A stretch of DNA of 64,000 nucleotides from Roseibacillus sp. (GCA_965242925.1 CBDEUM010000034.1:160001-224000); one strand, 5' to 3'; counted from the stretch's first letter, positions 36,986 through 48,231 are shown. Made by a program: numbers and translations. The notes: generated by a model from the letters alone, not told the origin.

Positions 36986-39697
36986 ATGAAAGCCAAAGCT
37001 GTCCTCTCCTTAGCCACTCTCCTCTGCTTTCTCTTTTCTTCCGCCGAGGCCCAACTGGTTATTTCCGAAGTAATGGCCCGGGGCAACCAGGGATTTGCGG
37101 ACGAAGACGGTGATCACCCGGATTGGATTGAACTCTTCAACAAGAGCACCAAGAGGATCAAGCTTGCTGACTTCGCATTGACCGATGACCAGAATGCTCC
37201 TCTGAAATGGAGATTGCCCGAGCGCGCCCTGGAATCTGGTTCTTACACCATTGTCTTTGCGTCCGGAAAGGACCGCCGCCCGAAGCAGGGGAATCTTCAT
37301 GCCAACTTCAAACTGGATGGTTCCGGTGAATATCTGGCGGCCGTTCGCATTGCCGACATGAACCCTGTCAGCGCATTCGACCCACACTTCCCATCAGCAG
37401 GCAAAGGAGAGTCCTTCGGGCCCGACTTCAAGAACGGGCGCATCGATTCTCCCAAAATCGTGTTTTTCGAAGATGCGACGCCCGGAAAAGGAAACAGCAG
37501 GGTCAGGCTCCAGGCTGACAGGTCGACAAGCGACAGAAACCTCACCCTCAGTGAAATTTTCCCTGTTGACCGGGTCATCGATATTCGGATTACGATGACA
37601 GAGGAGGACTGGGACACCATCCGGCATCAAACTCGAAACCTTTTTGAGGTTCTTAATGAGAACCGGAAGAAAGCACCGATCGACGGCCCCTACACCTACG
37701 TTGATGCCAGCATTACGATCGATGACCACAGGTTCCCCGATGTCGGGGTCCGCAAGAAGGGTTTCATCGGATCACAGAGCGCTTCCCGACCCTCGCTCAA
37801 GGTGAAACTGAACCACGTGGACGGGAACGGTGAGATCGATGGGCTGACCACTCTCACGCTTAATAACAACAAGCAGGACACTGCTTTGGTGGATCAGTAT
37901 CTGGGATACTCGCTATTCAACGCTTCCGGTTCCCCGGCTCCCCGATGCGCCTTTGCGAAAGTTTCCGTCAATGGAGTAAGCCTGGGCGTCTATTCTCATG
38001 TCGAAACGTTTCGCAAACCTCTCATCAGGCGCGCATTCGGAAATAGCAGCGGAACTCTTTACGAAGGAACGGTGGTCGACTTCCGGGAAGGATGGGAGGG
38101 CAGCTTCGAGAAAAAGTTCGGCAGTGATGCGCGGGGGCGCGCCATGATCAAACAACTCATCGACCTCCTTGAAGGGGACCAAGTGGACTCCGACCCCGAA
38201 AAACTCATTGGGGAACTGGTCGACCTTGAGGCCTTCTACCGATTCTGGGCTATGGAAGGACTCGTCGGATTCTGGGACGGCTACAGCGGGAACCACAACA
38301 ATTTCTTTGCCTACCTCAATCCGGAGAACGGCCGATTTCACTTCCTCCCCTGGGGCGCTGATGCGCTCTTCGCCAAGTACAGCGAACTCGGCTACAACCC
38401 CAAGGCCCCCATTTCGGTCAAAACCAAGGGGATGATCGCCCACAAGTTGTATCAATCCCAATCGGGGCGGGAACGCTATGCGCAAACCATGCAGCATTTA
38501 CTCAAGGAGAATTGGGACGAAGATGCTCTGATCGCAGAAACCAGGCGTCTGGAAAAACTTCTCCTTCCCCACGTGATCCCCGCTCAATCGGATTTCACCG
38601 AAGAACTGGAAGAACTCCGAAAGTTCATCAGGACCCGCCGCGCTGATCTTGTTGCAGAAATCTCAGATGGGATGCCCCTGTGGAGCGAAATCCCTGATCC
38701 GCCTGCTATCATCCCCTCTTTTTTCACCAAAGGGTCGGCTTCCGACTCAATCTGGAATGCCGCCATGAAAGGCGACATCCCTGGCATCAAGGCGCAACTG
38801 GACAACGGAGTGGATGTCGATGCCCGGGATCCCCTCGGATCCATTCCCCTTTCCCTCGCGACCCTTACCGGAAAATCGAAAGCGGTGGAGTACCTTCTCG
38901 AAAAAGGAGCCGATGTGAATGCCGTGAGCCCGAAAAATGATGCCGCCGTGCACGGTGCTGCATTTCTTGGCCGCCTGGAGGCAATGCGTATTCTGATTGA
39001 TCATAAGGCAGACATCAATCTCCGCAACGGCGATGGGGCCACTCCCCTGGATATTGCCTCCGCTCCCTGGAGCGATGAGCTACAGGGCATTATTCAATTC
39101 GTGGGGGCATTACTGCAGATCCAACCGGATCTGGAACGGATAAGGGAAGCTCGCCCCGAGGTGGCAACCCTTCTTCGCAAGGCCGGCGCAAAAGCGGGCT
39201 CGGCTTTGCCGAAACCGCCTGATGTCAGCATCTGGGAGGCGGCCAAAACCGGTGACCTTGAAAGCCTCAGAACACAGCTTGCCGAGGACGGAGCAGACCT
39301 CAACAGGCGGGACTCCAACGGAATCACTCCTCTTTCTTGGACGGCCCTGTCGGGACAACTAAAGGCTGCGGAGTTGCTGCTCGCCGCGGGCGCCAGAATC
39401 AACTCTTCCAATAAGGACGGATCAAGCAGTCTGCACTCATCGGCTTTCTTCGGTCATCTCGACATCGTCAAACTACTGGTTAAGAACCAGATTAATATAG
39501 ACTCCAAAAATGACGAGGGCGAAACAGCCCTGGATCTTGTCTCCTCACCGTGGACCGAAGATCTCCAGGGAATTGTCCAGTTTGTCGCAGGGATTCTGAA
39601 GATCGACCTTGATCCGGAAGAGGTGAAGAACAATCGCCCCCGGATTGCCGCCTTTCTCCGGGAGCGCCGTGGCAAGGCGAGCGCGGAACTCGAATGA
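36986..39697 (+). CDS. secreted lamin-tail-domain / CotH kinase / ankyrin-repeat fusion protein
   Basis: Signal peptide; LVISEVMA...DWIELFN (LTD); VGVRKKG..SLKVK..LTLNN..FWDGY..NNF..LPWG.D (CotH); two ankyrin blocks. Confidence 0.85.
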   Translation: MKAKAVLSLATLLCFLFSSAEAQLVISEVMARGNQGFADEDGDHPDWIELFNKSTKRIKLADFALTDDQNAPLKWRLPERALESGSYTIVFASGKDRRPKQGNLHANFKLDGSGEYLAAVRIADMNPVSAFDPHFPSAGKGESFGPDFKNGRIDSPKIVFFEDATPGKGNSRVRLQADRSTSDRNLTLSEIFPVDRVIDIRITMTEEDWDTIRHQTRNLFEVLNENRKKAPIDGPYTYVDASITIDDHRFPDVGVRKKGFIGSQSASRPSLKVKLNHVDGNGEIDGLTTLTLNNNKQDTALVDQYLGYSLFNASGSPAPRCAFAKVSVNGVSLGVYSHVETFRKPLIRRAFGNSSGTLYEGTVVDFREGWEGSFEKKFGSDARGRAMIKQLIDLLEGDQVDSDPEKLIGELVDLEAFYRFWAMEGLVGFWDGYSGNHNNFFAYLNPENGRFHFLPWGADALFAKYSELGYNPKAPISVKTKGMIAHKLYQSQSGRERYAQTMQHLLKENWDEDALIAETRRLEKLLLPHVIPAQSDFTEELEELRKFIRTRRADLVAEISDGMPLWSEIPDPPAIIPSFFTKGSASDSIWNAAMKGDIPGIKAQLDNGVDVDARDPLGSIPLSLATLTGKSKAVEYLLEKGADVNAVSPKNDAAVHGAAFLGRLEAMRILIDHKADINLRNGDGATPLDIASAPWSDELQGIIQFVGALLQIQPDLERIREARPEVATLLRKAGAKAGSALPKPPDVSIWEAAKTGDLESLRTQLAEDGADLNRRDSNGITPLSWTALSGQLKAAELLLAAGARINSSNKDGSSSLHSSAFFGHLDIVKLLVKNQINIDSKNDEGETALDLVSSPWTEDLQGIVQFVAGILKIDLDPEEVKNNRPRIAAFLRERRGKASAELE

Positions 39698-39798
39698 GAA
39701 ACGATCAAATCCGCCTCATTGTGGATGACAGATTAATCTTCCCTGGTCCCGATCAGTGGCCGGAACTTACGTCCGGCAAAAATTTGCAGGGTTTATCC

Positions 39799-40896
39799 CT
39801 ACGCCGTCACCCGCATGGGCATCAGCACATAGAGAAAGGAACCGCTGCCGCGCAGAACCCCGGGGCTCATCTCATCGATAAGGTCGAGTTGGACCTCCTC
39901 GTCCTCCAGATTGCGGAGCGGCGCCATGAGGAACTCCGGGTTAAAGGCGATGGCAATCTCCTTGCCGCTGTAACTCACGGCCATGGACTCCTTGGCCTCC
40001 CCGATGTCCGGCGAATTGGCGGTGACATCAATGCTTCCATTCCCCACCACCAGTTTTACAGAGTTCGATTTCTCGGAGGAGAGAAGAGAGACCCTCCGCG
40101 CGGTTTCCAGAAGTGCTTCCCGGCCGAGATTGAGCGTCTCCTTCGCTTCTCCTGGAATGACCTGACGGTAGTTGGGATAGTTCCCCTCGATCAACTTTGA
40201 GACGATCACACTGGATCCCACCTCAAACACGATTTGGTTGTCACTCAACTTCGCAATGGCATCCCCTTCCTCGCCAAGCAGACGCTGCAACTCCTGCACC
40301 GCCTTGGTTGGAATAATGAAATCCGTTTCGTTGCTTGCGGGAAACTCGAGGTCATTCTCCACCATCGCGAGTCGGCGACCATCGGTCGCCACCAGAGTGA
40401 GTTTACCCTCCTTGAAGGCCGTGAAAATTCCGTTCAGGACATAGCGGGTCTCGTCATTCGATATCGCATAGGAAGTTTTCTTGAGGCTTTCGCGAAGGAG
40501 CCCCTGTGGAATCTTGTACTCCTTCGCTTCCTTGAAATTCGGCAGGGGCGGGAACTCCCCGTGAGCCAGACCGATGATCTTGAAGAAACTCGGACCGCAG
40601 GTGATCGAGGCCACGTCCTTGGAATCCACCGCAATTTCCACCTCCGCATCGGGCAACTCCCGAATGATGCTGACCAGGCGCTTGACCGGCATCGTGGTCG
40701 ACCCCTCCTTGGAGATCTCGGCCTCCGCCGTGCCGCTCACTCCGACATCGAGATCGGTCGTGGTGAGGCGCAGTTCGTCGCCCTTGGCTTCAATCAGGAC
40801 ATTGGACAGGATAGGAAGGGTCGTCCGGGTGCTGACCACATGCTGTACCTGCTGAAGGCTGTCTAGGAAGGCATCCCTTGCGATCCGGAATTTCAT
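39799..40896 (-). CDS. dnaN: DNA polymerase III beta clamp
   Basis: TLPILSNVL, TDLD, RYVLNG, VATDGRRLA, LIEGNYPNY, YVLMPMR. Confidence 0.97.
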   Translation of the reverse strand: MKFRIARDAFLDSLQQVQHVVSTRTTLPILSNVLIEAKGDELRLTTTDLDVGVSGTAEAEISKEGSTTMPVKRLVSIIRELPDAEVEIAVDSKDVASITCGPSFFKIIGLAHGEFPPLPNFKEAKEYKIPQGLLRESLKKTSYAISNDETRYVLNGIFTAFKEGKLTLVATDGRRLAMVENDLEFPASNETDFIIPTKAVQELQRLLGEEGDAIAKLSDNQIVFEVGSSVIVSKLIEGNYPNYRQVIPGEAKETLNLGREALLETARRVSLLSSEKSNSVKLVVGNGSIDVTANSPDIGEAKESMAVSYSGKEIAIAFNPEFLMAPLRNLEDEEVQLDLIDEMSPGVLRGSGSFLYVLMPMRVTA

Positions 40897-41046
40897 TGGC
40901 AGATAGGGTCCCGACGTTGGGATAAGGAGATCTTGGGAAGAATGCCCCACTTGGCAAGCCATTCTTTAAGAAACAAGTAACATTTTACCCTCACTTTCAA
41001 AGCAAGGCCGGACTCCGCCCAACAGGCACACCCCCTTCTCCCAGCA

Positions 41047-41080
41047 TTCACCAAGATTCGGGGAAACGAATCATGGTGGA
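41047..41080. other. strong hairpin between dnaA and dnaN
   Basis: TTCACCA-A-GATTCG-gggaaa-CGAATC-A-TGGTGGA. Confidence 0.55.
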
Positions 41081-41117
41081 CTGAAAGAGCTTTTTTGTGG
41101 GCAATGTTCGTCACTCC

Positions 41118-42560
41118 CTAGCGGTTCAGGCGGGCCCCGAGAGCGGCCACCGCCTGCCGCACCTGATCGTCGGTCTGCATCATCTGCTCAACCTTCTTGC
41201 AGGCGTGAATAACGGTGCCGTGATCGCGACCACCGAATGCCTCTCCGATCTCGACGAGGGATCCTCCGGTGAGCTTGCGAGAGAGATACATCGCGATTTG
41301 ACGCGGAAAGGCGATATTGGCAGGACGACGGCGACTCGTCATGTCGGCCAGACGGATGTCATAGTAATCCGCCACCATCTTCTGGATCGTGTCAATGGTC
41401 ACCTTGGCCGCCGCTTCCTCGCGAAGAATGTCGCGCAGGAGATCCTCGATCCTATCGGTTGAGAGCTCTCCCTGGCCGAGCGAATTGAAGGTTGCGATAC
41501 GCACCAGAGCCCCTTCGAGGCGACGGACATTGCTGCGAATACGCTGGGCAATGAAGCGGACCCAGTCATCCGGGATCTTGACTTCCCACTCCTCCATCTT
41601 GCGCCGGAGAATGGCGATCCTGGTCTCCAGTTGCGGTGGCTGCAGAGCCACCGTTAGGCCACATTCGAAACGGGACACAAGGCGCGGTTCAAGGGTCTGG
41701 ATCTCAGAAGCAGGGCGATCACTTGAAAGAACCACCTGGGCCCTTCCGTCGAGGAGAGTGTTGAATGTGTGGAAGAACTCCTCCTGGGATTTTTCCTTGC
41801 CGTGCAGGAACTGCACGTCGTCGACAAGGAGGACATCGGGGCGGCGGTAGCGACGGCGAAAGTTGTCGAGATTGCCCTTCTGGACTGCCAGGATGAACTC
41901 GTTCGTGAATTTCTCGCAGGTCAGATAAATGACCTTGGAACCCGGACGGGCTTTCAGGATATCCTGCCCGATCGCCTGCATGAGATGGGTCTTGCCGAGA
42001 CCAGATCCTCCATGAATGAAAAGTGGGTTGTAAGCCGTGCGAACACCCGCCGCGATGGCCTTGCATGCCGCATGGGCAAACTGGTTGTTTCCACCCACGA
42101 CAAAGCGGTCGAACGTGTAGAGCGGATTGAGCCCCGCACTTTTCAATGACTTCGCAAGCGCCTCAGCCGCTACTTCCTTGGCCCGCGACTGCCTCTGTGG
42201 CTCTTCCAACAGCGAAAGTTGTTCGCCGGCCGCTCCATTCATGGCCAGCACCCTCGGTCTTCCCCCGCAGCCCAGGACCTGCGACAGCGCATGGGTCAAC
42301 TCAGGCAGGAAATTCTCCTGGATCCAGAGTACGTGCGTCTCGGTGGGCACGAAAACAGTCACCTGATTCGCATCCTCCACCACGAGTTGCATGTGCTTAA
42401 ACCAGCGCTCGGTCGCGTCTCCACTCAACCGGGCGTCCAATAGTCTGAGGATCTGCGTCCTTGCTTCTTCTGTACTGATGCGCGCACCGCCACGGGCGGA
42501 TACTTCCCCCACTCTTGTCCCTCTTGGTGTCGAAACACCACCTTCATCCCTGCTGCTCAT
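41118..42560 (-). CDS. dnaA: chromosomal replication initiator DnaA
   Basis: LNPLYTFDRFVVG, GGSGLGKTHL, DDVQF, QEEFFHTFN, RQIAMYL, FGGRDHGTVIHA; start chosen from a GGAG RBS. Confidence 0.98.
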   Translation of the reverse strand: MSSRDEGGVSTPRGTRVGEVSARGGARISTEEARTQILRLLDARLSGDATERWFKHMQLVVEDANQVTVFVPTETHVLWIQENFLPELTHALSQVLGCGGRPRVLAMNGAAGEQLSLLEEPQRQSRAKEVAAEALAKSLKSAGLNPLYTFDRFVVGGNNQFAHAACKAIAAGVRTAYNPLFIHGGSGLGKTHLMQAIGQDILKARPGSKVIYLTCEKFTNEFILAVQKGNLDNFRRRYRRPDVLLVDDVQFLHGKEKSQEEFFHTFNTLLDGRAQVVLSSDRPASEIQTLEPRLVSRFECGLTVALQPPQLETRIAILRRKMEEWEVKIPDDWVRFIAQRIRSNVRRLEGALVRIATFNSLGQGELSTDRIEDLLRDILREEAAAKVTIDTIQKMVADYYDIRLADMTSRRRPANIAFPRQIAMYLSRKLTGGSLVEIGEAFGGRDHGTVIHACKKVEQMMQTDDQVRQAVAALGARLNR

Positions 42561-42722
42561 TACTGTTCTCCAATTCCTGCTTTTTGATTGATTCTTGTTT
42601 ATCCATTCCCCGCTTAACTTTGAAGCCTGACAACCCGCGAGGAACAGCTGCCATGGAATTACCGTCTGTGACGAGGTCGTCAAAATTATTTAGAGAAGAA
42701 AATCGCACCCCCTTCGCACCTC

Positions 42723-42742
42723 TTTTCCACAAGCGTTCCACG
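42723..42742 (+). promoter_or_regulatory. DnaA box plus weak tandem box upstream of dnaA
   Basis: TTTTCCACA (exact TTWTNCACA match), AG, CGTTCCACG. Confidence 0.6.
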
Positions 42743-42948
42743 GCGTTGACGATGTTAGACTCCAAAGGTCGCCTGTTAAGTTCACCAAAAGAAACGAGCA
42801 GTTTGAATCCCTGATGAAATCGGTTGCTGCATTAGTTTGACACCGGGTTCCATTCCGAACCCGCGGCAAATCGGGCGGCGCTTGGAAAGGTGCAACTCGC
42901 TGACGGCAAGCACCCCTGCGGCCCCTGGGCGGCGCCGCCCATGCGAGG

Positions 42949-44565
42949 TCATGCCCCGGATCGCGTCTTTCCCCGGCCCGGCCAGAAGTATCCGCAGCCA
43001 AATGTCACAATGGTGGTGGCGGGCCAGGCCCAGAAAAAGCCCACGGTTGTCCTGAGAGTCTCCCCATCGCCTTCTCCTTCAAGGTAATACATGGGAAGGG
43101 CCGCCAGCCACTGGTAGGGCATTCTCACAAACTCGAGGCTATGGAGAAGAGCCCAGACGTCATTCCGGATAAAGAGCACCCCTAAGAAGGATATGATTGA
43201 ACCTGTCAGCAATCCTTTGAAGCTGCCTCGTCCGAGTAAGGCACAGAGGAACATGGCCAAAAGTGGTCCCATAGTGTAGGTGGTCATCCCGAAGGCGAGA
43301 GGAAGTATGGCTACGCCCGTCTCCTGCTGCACCCAGCGCATAAGGAGGGTGAACAGGGTGAGGAACAGCCCCCAGATCACCACCCACATCCGGGCCTTGG
43401 CCACGAGCTCCCGTTGCTCCTCCGCACTCCCATGCTCCTCGGGCTTGTAGAGCACCGAAACGGTGGTCTGGCTGAGGGCCGCAAGGATCGAGTCCAGGCT
43501 GGAGATGGCCGCAGCAAAGACCCCCCCCAGGATCAGACCGCTCAACCCTGGCGGCAGTTCCCTCACGATCCAGATCGGGAAAACGTTGTCCGCTTCCCCC
43601 GGCGTTCCGCTCCCGGCGTTCCACTTCATCCCCTCTGCCACCACGTCTTCGGGCGGGTGCCTGGCGTACCACACGAAGAGGGCTGCGCCCACCATGAGCA
43701 TTAGCAGGGTGATCAATTGCCCCACCGAACTCCACATGATGGCCTTGCCCGCGTCCCGGGCGTTTTTGCAGCAGAACATCCGCTGGGCGTTGAGTTGATC
43801 GACCCCGTAGGCGCCCAAATTCTGAAACGGAACCGCAAAAATAGCGACCCAGAAGGTGAATTTGAAGGCGTCCGAGACGCCCGCGTCGAAGCTCAGCCAC
43901 TCCGTTTTGCCGGCCTCGGCGGCGGTCTCAATCCAACCGGGCCCCAGGTGACTGCCTACCCAGAACAGGGTGATTAATCCTCCCGCCGAGAAAAGGAAGA
44001 ACTGCATCACATCCGTCCAGATCACGGTTCGCATACCGCCCATGAGCGTCCACCCGATGGCAAAGACGCCGATAATGAGAATACACGCCTCAAAAGAGAA
44101 TGGCGTCACAATCATGAGCGGGATCGCAGCCACAAGGACCCGAACACTCTGCGCAAGGATGGACCCGATCGTGAAGAAGATCGTCGCCAGGGTCTTGAGC
44201 TGGGGTTTGATCCGGCGCCCCATGTAGTCGTAGGGACTATAGATGTCCTCCTCGTAGAAGACCCTTGTGAAAGCCAAACCCACAATGACACGGCCAATGA
44301 TCGAGCCCAGAGCCCAGACCAGATAGGTAAAGTTTCCATTGGCCGCCATCACCCCGCCTGGCACCCCGATGAAAGTGACTCCACTGATTTCAGTCGCGAT
44401 GATCGAGCCGCACACCGCCAACCAGGGGAGCGAACGCCCACCCGCAAAGAAATCACTCATGGAGGCCTGTTTTCCCCGCATGACGTGCCCAACCCAGGTG
44501 GTCAATCCGAGGTATCCGAAGAGCACTATCCAGTCCAGGGCCTTGAACCACTCGTGAATCTCCAT
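42949..44565 (-). CDS. sodium:solute symporter (SSS) family transporter
   Basis: FFAGGRSLPW, ATEISGVTFIGVPG, GGMRTVIWTDVMQF, DQLNAQR, FAAAISSLDS. Confidence 0.93.
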   Translation of the reverse strand: MEIHEWFKALDWIVLFGYLGLTTWVGHVMRGKQASMSDFFAGGRSLPWLAVCGSIIATEISGVTFIGVPGGVMAANGNFTYLVWALGSIIGRVIVGLAFTRVFYEEDIYSPYDYMGRRIKPQLKTLATIFFTIGSILAQSVRVLVAAIPLMIVTPFSFEACILIIGVFAIGWTLMGGMRTVIWTDVMQFFLFSAGGLITLFWVGSHLGPGWIETAAEAGKTEWLSFDAGVSDAFKFTFWVAIFAVPFQNLGAYGVDQLNAQRMFCCKNARDAGKAIMWSSVGQLITLLMLMVGAALFVWYARHPPEDVVAEGMKWNAGSGTPGEADNVFPIWIVRELPPGLSGLILGGVFAAAISSLDSILAALSQTTVSVLYKPEEHGSAEEQRELVAKARMWVVIWGLFLTLFTLLMRWVQQETGVAILPLAFGMTTYTMGPLLAMFLCALLGRGSFKGLLTGSIISFLGVLFIRNDVWALLHSLEFVRMPYQWLAALPMYYLEGEGDGETLRTTVGFFWAWPATTIVTFGCGYFWPGRGKTRSGA

Positions 44566-44690
44566 CGGCAACCTCAGCCTACCGCCCTCCGCGCCCTTCG
44601 TCGACCCTTCGCTGAAAAAATTCAACCAATCGAAAGTAATATTCTTGTCGACCTGCTCCGAGCGGATAGTCTCCGACTTTATTCGTTAAG

Positions 44691-45452
44691 GTGCCTGCAG
44701 AGGGAACGACAGCCAAGGTCGCTGGTATCATCCCCGCCCGATGGGGATCCTCCCGCTTCCCCGGAAAGCCCCTCCATCACCTGGCAGGCAAGAGCCTGCT
44801 CCGGCACGTCTTTGAGCGGGCGGACAAATGTGAGCGACTCGATCTTATCCTGGTCGCCACTGACGACGTCCGCATCAAGGAAGAAGCCGTCTCCTTCGGC
44901 GCCGAGGTTGTCATGACCTCCTCCGACCACTCCACTGGCACGGACCGCATTGCGGAAGCTGTCCTGCCACATCCCGAGATCACCCACGTCATAAACATCC
45001 AGGGCGACGAACCCCTCGTGGACCCCGCCCTGGTCGACTCCTTGGTGACCGCACTGACAGCCGAACCCAACCTGCCCATGATCACGGCCGCCAATCCGGT
45101 GACGGACCTCGCCCAACTCGATGACCCCGACATCGTGAAGGTCGTCGTCGATGGGAAGGGAAACGCTCTCTATTTCTCCCGCAGTCCCCTTCCCTTCCTC
45201 AGGACCCGCCCCGACGCCCTCGCGCCCCTGCGGCACATGGGCCTCTACGGCTACCGCCGCGATTTCCTCGAACAGTTCGTCAGTTGGCCTCCCGGCCTGC
45301 TTGAGCAGGCGGAACAACTCGAGCAACTCCGCGCCCTTGAAAACGGCGCCCGCATCCGCGTTGTCCTGACCGAAGATCATTCCATCGGACTCGATACCCC
45401 CGAACAGGTTCCACAGCTGGAAGCTCTGCTTGCCGCCTGCAACACCTCCTAA
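44691..45452 (+). CDS. kdsB: 3-deoxy-manno-octulosonate cytidylyltransferase
   Basis: [45 protein letters not shown]. Confidence 0.96.
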   Translation: MPAEGTTAKVAGIIPARWGSSRFPGKPLHHLAGKSLLRHVFERADKCERLDLILVATDDVRIKEEAVSFGAEVVMTSSDHSTGTDRIAEAVLPHPEITHVINIQGDEPLVDPALVDSLVTALTAEPNLPMITAANPVTDLAQLDDPDIVKVVVDGKGNALYFSRSPLPFLRTRPDALAPLRHMGLYGYRRDFLEQFVSWPPGLLEQAEQLEQLRALENGARIRVVLTEDHSIGLDTPEQVPQLEALLAACNTS

Positions 45453-45483
45453 TATTCTGAGCACTAACAACCAATCATCTGGC

Positions 45484-47103
45484 GTGAAATACATCTTCGT
45501 CACCGGAGGGGTAGTCTCTTCCCTTGGAAAGGGACTCGCCTCAGCGTCCATCGGCACCCTGCTCGAACATCGTGGCCTCAAGGTCACCATCCAGAAGTTC
45601 GACCCCTACCTCAATGTCGATCCCGGAACCATGTCTCCCTACCAGCACGGAGAGGTCTACGTCCTCAACGACGGCGCGGAAACTGATCTGGACCTGGGGC
45701 ACTATGAGCGTTTCACCAACTGCGTCCTGACCCGCTTCAATAATCTCACCTCCGGCCAGGTCTTCGAGAACGTCATCAAGAAGGAACGCAAGGGCGATTA
45801 CCTCGGCAAGACCGTGCAGTTCATCCCCCATGTAACCGACGAGATCAAGGCCCGTATTCACGACCTCTCCTCAAAGAACCCCGAGGTCGACGTCATCATT
45901 ACCGAGATTGGCGGCACCGTCGGGGACATCGAGGGGCACCTCTTCCTGGAGGCCCTCCGTCAGTTTTCCCTGGAGGTGGGGCGCGAGAATGTCTGCTTCA
46001 TTCACGTCACCCTCCTGCCCCTCATCCGGGCGGCGGGGGAGATCAAGACCAAGCCCACCCAGCAGTCGGTAGCCAAGTTGCGCGAAATCGGAATCCAGCC
46101 GGACATCATCATCTGCCGCACCGAGCACGACCTTGACGAGGACAACCGACGTAAGATCGCAATGTTCTGTAACGTCGAGAAGAAGAACGTAGTGGCCTTC
46201 CGCGACGTGAAACACACAATCTACGAGTGTCCTCTCGACCTGCGTCGCGACAAGATCGACCGCCTCGTGGTCGACAACCTGGGAATTGATTCCCCCACCC
46301 CCGACCTGCAGGGCTGGGAGAACTTCGTGGAACGCCTCATCAAGCCAAAGCACGCGGTGGACATTGCGGTGGCGGGTAAGTACATCGAGTTACAGGACGC
46401 CTACAAATCCATCTACGAGTCCCTCACCATCGCGGGGGCCGCCCATCACACCAAGGTGAACATCGTGCGGGTGGACTCGGAATCGATCGAGGAACACGGG
46501 GCTCAGAACGTCATCGGGGAAGTCGACGGCATTCTCATCCCTGGCGGATTTGGTGACCGGGGCATCGAAGGCAAGATCCAGGCGGCCCACTACGCCCGCT
46601 CCATGCGTATTCCCTACCTCGGAATCTGTCTCGGAATGCAAGTGGCCACCATCGAGTTCGCCCGTAACGTCTGCGGGCTTGAGGGTGCGGATTCTACTGA
46701 ATGCAACAAGGACGCCCCCCATCCGGTCATCTGCCTGCAGGAGGAACAAAAGGGAGTCGAAGACATGGGCGCCACCATGCGACTGGGGGCCAGCGAGTCC
46801 AATCTCCTGCCCGGGACCATGGCGGCAGAGCTCTACGGTGGTGCCGACGTGATCAGTGAACGTCACCGCCACCGCTACGAGTTCAACCCCGACTATCTCG
46901 ATCAGTTTCGGGATGCGGGGATGATAATTTCCTCCACCTCGGCCAAGGAGGGCCTGGTGGAAATCATAGAGCTCTCCGATCACCCCTTCTATCTAGGCGC
47001 CCAATTCCATCCTGAGTTTCAATCCAGGCCTAACAAGCCGCATCCCCTCTTCTCGGGCTTCGTGAAGGCCGCACTGGACGCAAAGGTTACTGTGCCGGCT
47101 TGA
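45484..47103 (+). CDS. pyrG: CTP synthase
   Basis: [53 protein letters not shown]. Confidence 0.98.
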   Translation: MKYIFVTGGVVSSLGKGLASASIGTLLEHRGLKVTIQKFDPYLNVDPGTMSPYQHGEVYVLNDGAETDLDLGHYERFTNCVLTRFNNLTSGQVFENVIKKERKGDYLGKTVQFIPHVTDEIKARIHDLSSKNPEVDVIITEIGGTVGDIEGHLFLEALRQFSLEVGRENVCFIHVTLLPLIRAAGEIKTKPTQQSVAKLREIGIQPDIIICRTEHDLDEDNRRKIAMFCNVEKKNVVAFRDVKHTIYECPLDLRRDKIDRLVVDNLGIDSPTPDLQGWENFVERLIKPKHAVDIAVAGKYIELQDAYKSIYESLTIAGAAHHTKVNIVRVDSESIEEHGAQNVIGEVDGILIPGGFGDRGIEGKIQAAHYARSMRIPYLGICLGMQVATIEFARNVCGLEGADSTECNKDAPHPVICLQEEQKGVEDMGATMRLGASESNLLPGTMAAELYGGADVISERHRHRYEFNPDYLDQFRDAGMIISSTSAKEGLVEIIELSDHPFYLGAQFHPEFQSRPNKPHPLFSGFVKAALDAKVTVPA

Positions 47104-47142
47104 AGCCCGGTGTCCGGTGCTGCGCCATCACCGGAGAACCCC

Positions 47143-48231
47143 ATGTCTCCCCATCAACTCCTCCTCCTGGGTCTCAGCGGTCCGGTCCTCACCCCCGGGG
47201 AAATCGCTCTCTATCGCGAACTGCAACCCGGCGGATTTGTCCTTTTTTCCCGCAACCTGGTCAGTGCCAGGCAAACCCGCCAGCTCACCGATAACCTGCG
47301 CGCGCTTTGCCGGACCCCTCCCTTCATCGCCATCGATAATGAAGGAGGGCGGGTCTGGCGCACGGCCCCGTTCACTCCCTCCCTCCCATCCCCGGAGCAG
47401 TTGCAAAGGAAGGGTGACACCAGTCTAATCGCCCGGGCCGGGTGGGCCACCGGGCGACTCCTCGAACTCCTCGGAATCAACTTGAATCTTGCACCGGTGC
47501 TCGACATCGATCACCTCCCCGGGGCCCCCAACGCCCTCCGGGGCCGCTGCTGGGGCCAGCGAGATCAGGAGGTCATCAACAATGCCGGGGTATTCAACCG
47601 CTGGCAACGCCGTCAACACATCCTCGGATGCGCCAAGCACTTCCCAGCCGGGGGACGCGCCACAAATGACCCTCATCATGATCTTCCGGTGGTCGAGATG
47701 GACACCGATGAACTGCAACGCAGCGACCTCATTCCCTACACCGCCCTCATGCCTGAACTGGATGCCATCATGATCAGTCATCTCCATTTTCCTCGAATCG
47801 ACAAGGACGGCCTTCCAGCCTCGCTCTCCCGGAACATCATCCAGCGACTGCTCCGTGACCGCCTCGGATTCGACGAACATCTTGTCCTCACCGACGACCT
47901 CGACATGGGAGCTATTCAACAGGGCTACGGCACCCCGGAGGCAGCTCGCATGGCAATCGAAGCTGGGGGTGACCTTGTCCTGCTCTGCCACGAATTCATG
48001 AATGCCCGCCAGACCCTGGCAGCCCTGCAGGAACTTCCAGGTCCAGTTCTTTCCGACACCGAGACCCGTATCGAGAAGGCAAGGAGACGGCTGCGGATTC
48101 CTCCCGATTACTCGGGGGAAAAGCTAAACGAAATTACCGGGGAGCTCATTAAACTCCGCGAGGACGTTCTCGGGGAGGAAAGCGATCCAGATGCAGGCGA
48201 ACCACCGCAGAGCCCGGTGGAGGGTTATTGA
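47143..48231 (+). CDS. nagZ: GH3 beta-N-acetylhexosaminidase (NagZ-like)
   Basis: LFSRN, IDNEGGRV, APVLD, KHFPAGG..NDPH, TDDLDMGA. Confidence 0.85.
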   Translation: MSPHQLLLLGLSGPVLTPGEIALYRELQPGGFVLFSRNLVSARQTRQLTDNLRALCRTPPFIAIDNEGGRVWRTAPFTPSLPSPEQLQRKGDTSLIARAGWATGRLLELLGINLNLAPVLDIDHLPGAPNALRGRCWGQRDQEVINNAGVFNRWQRRQHILGCAKHFPAGGRATNDPHHDLPVVEMDTDELQRSDLIPYTALMPELDAIMISHLHFPRIDKDGLPASLSRNIIQRLLRDRLGFDEHLVLTDDLDMGAIQQGYGTPEAARMAIEAGGDLVLLCHEFMNARQTLAALQELPGPVLSDTETRIEKARRRLRIPPDYSGEKLNEITGELIKLREDVLGEESDPDAGEPPQSPVEGY

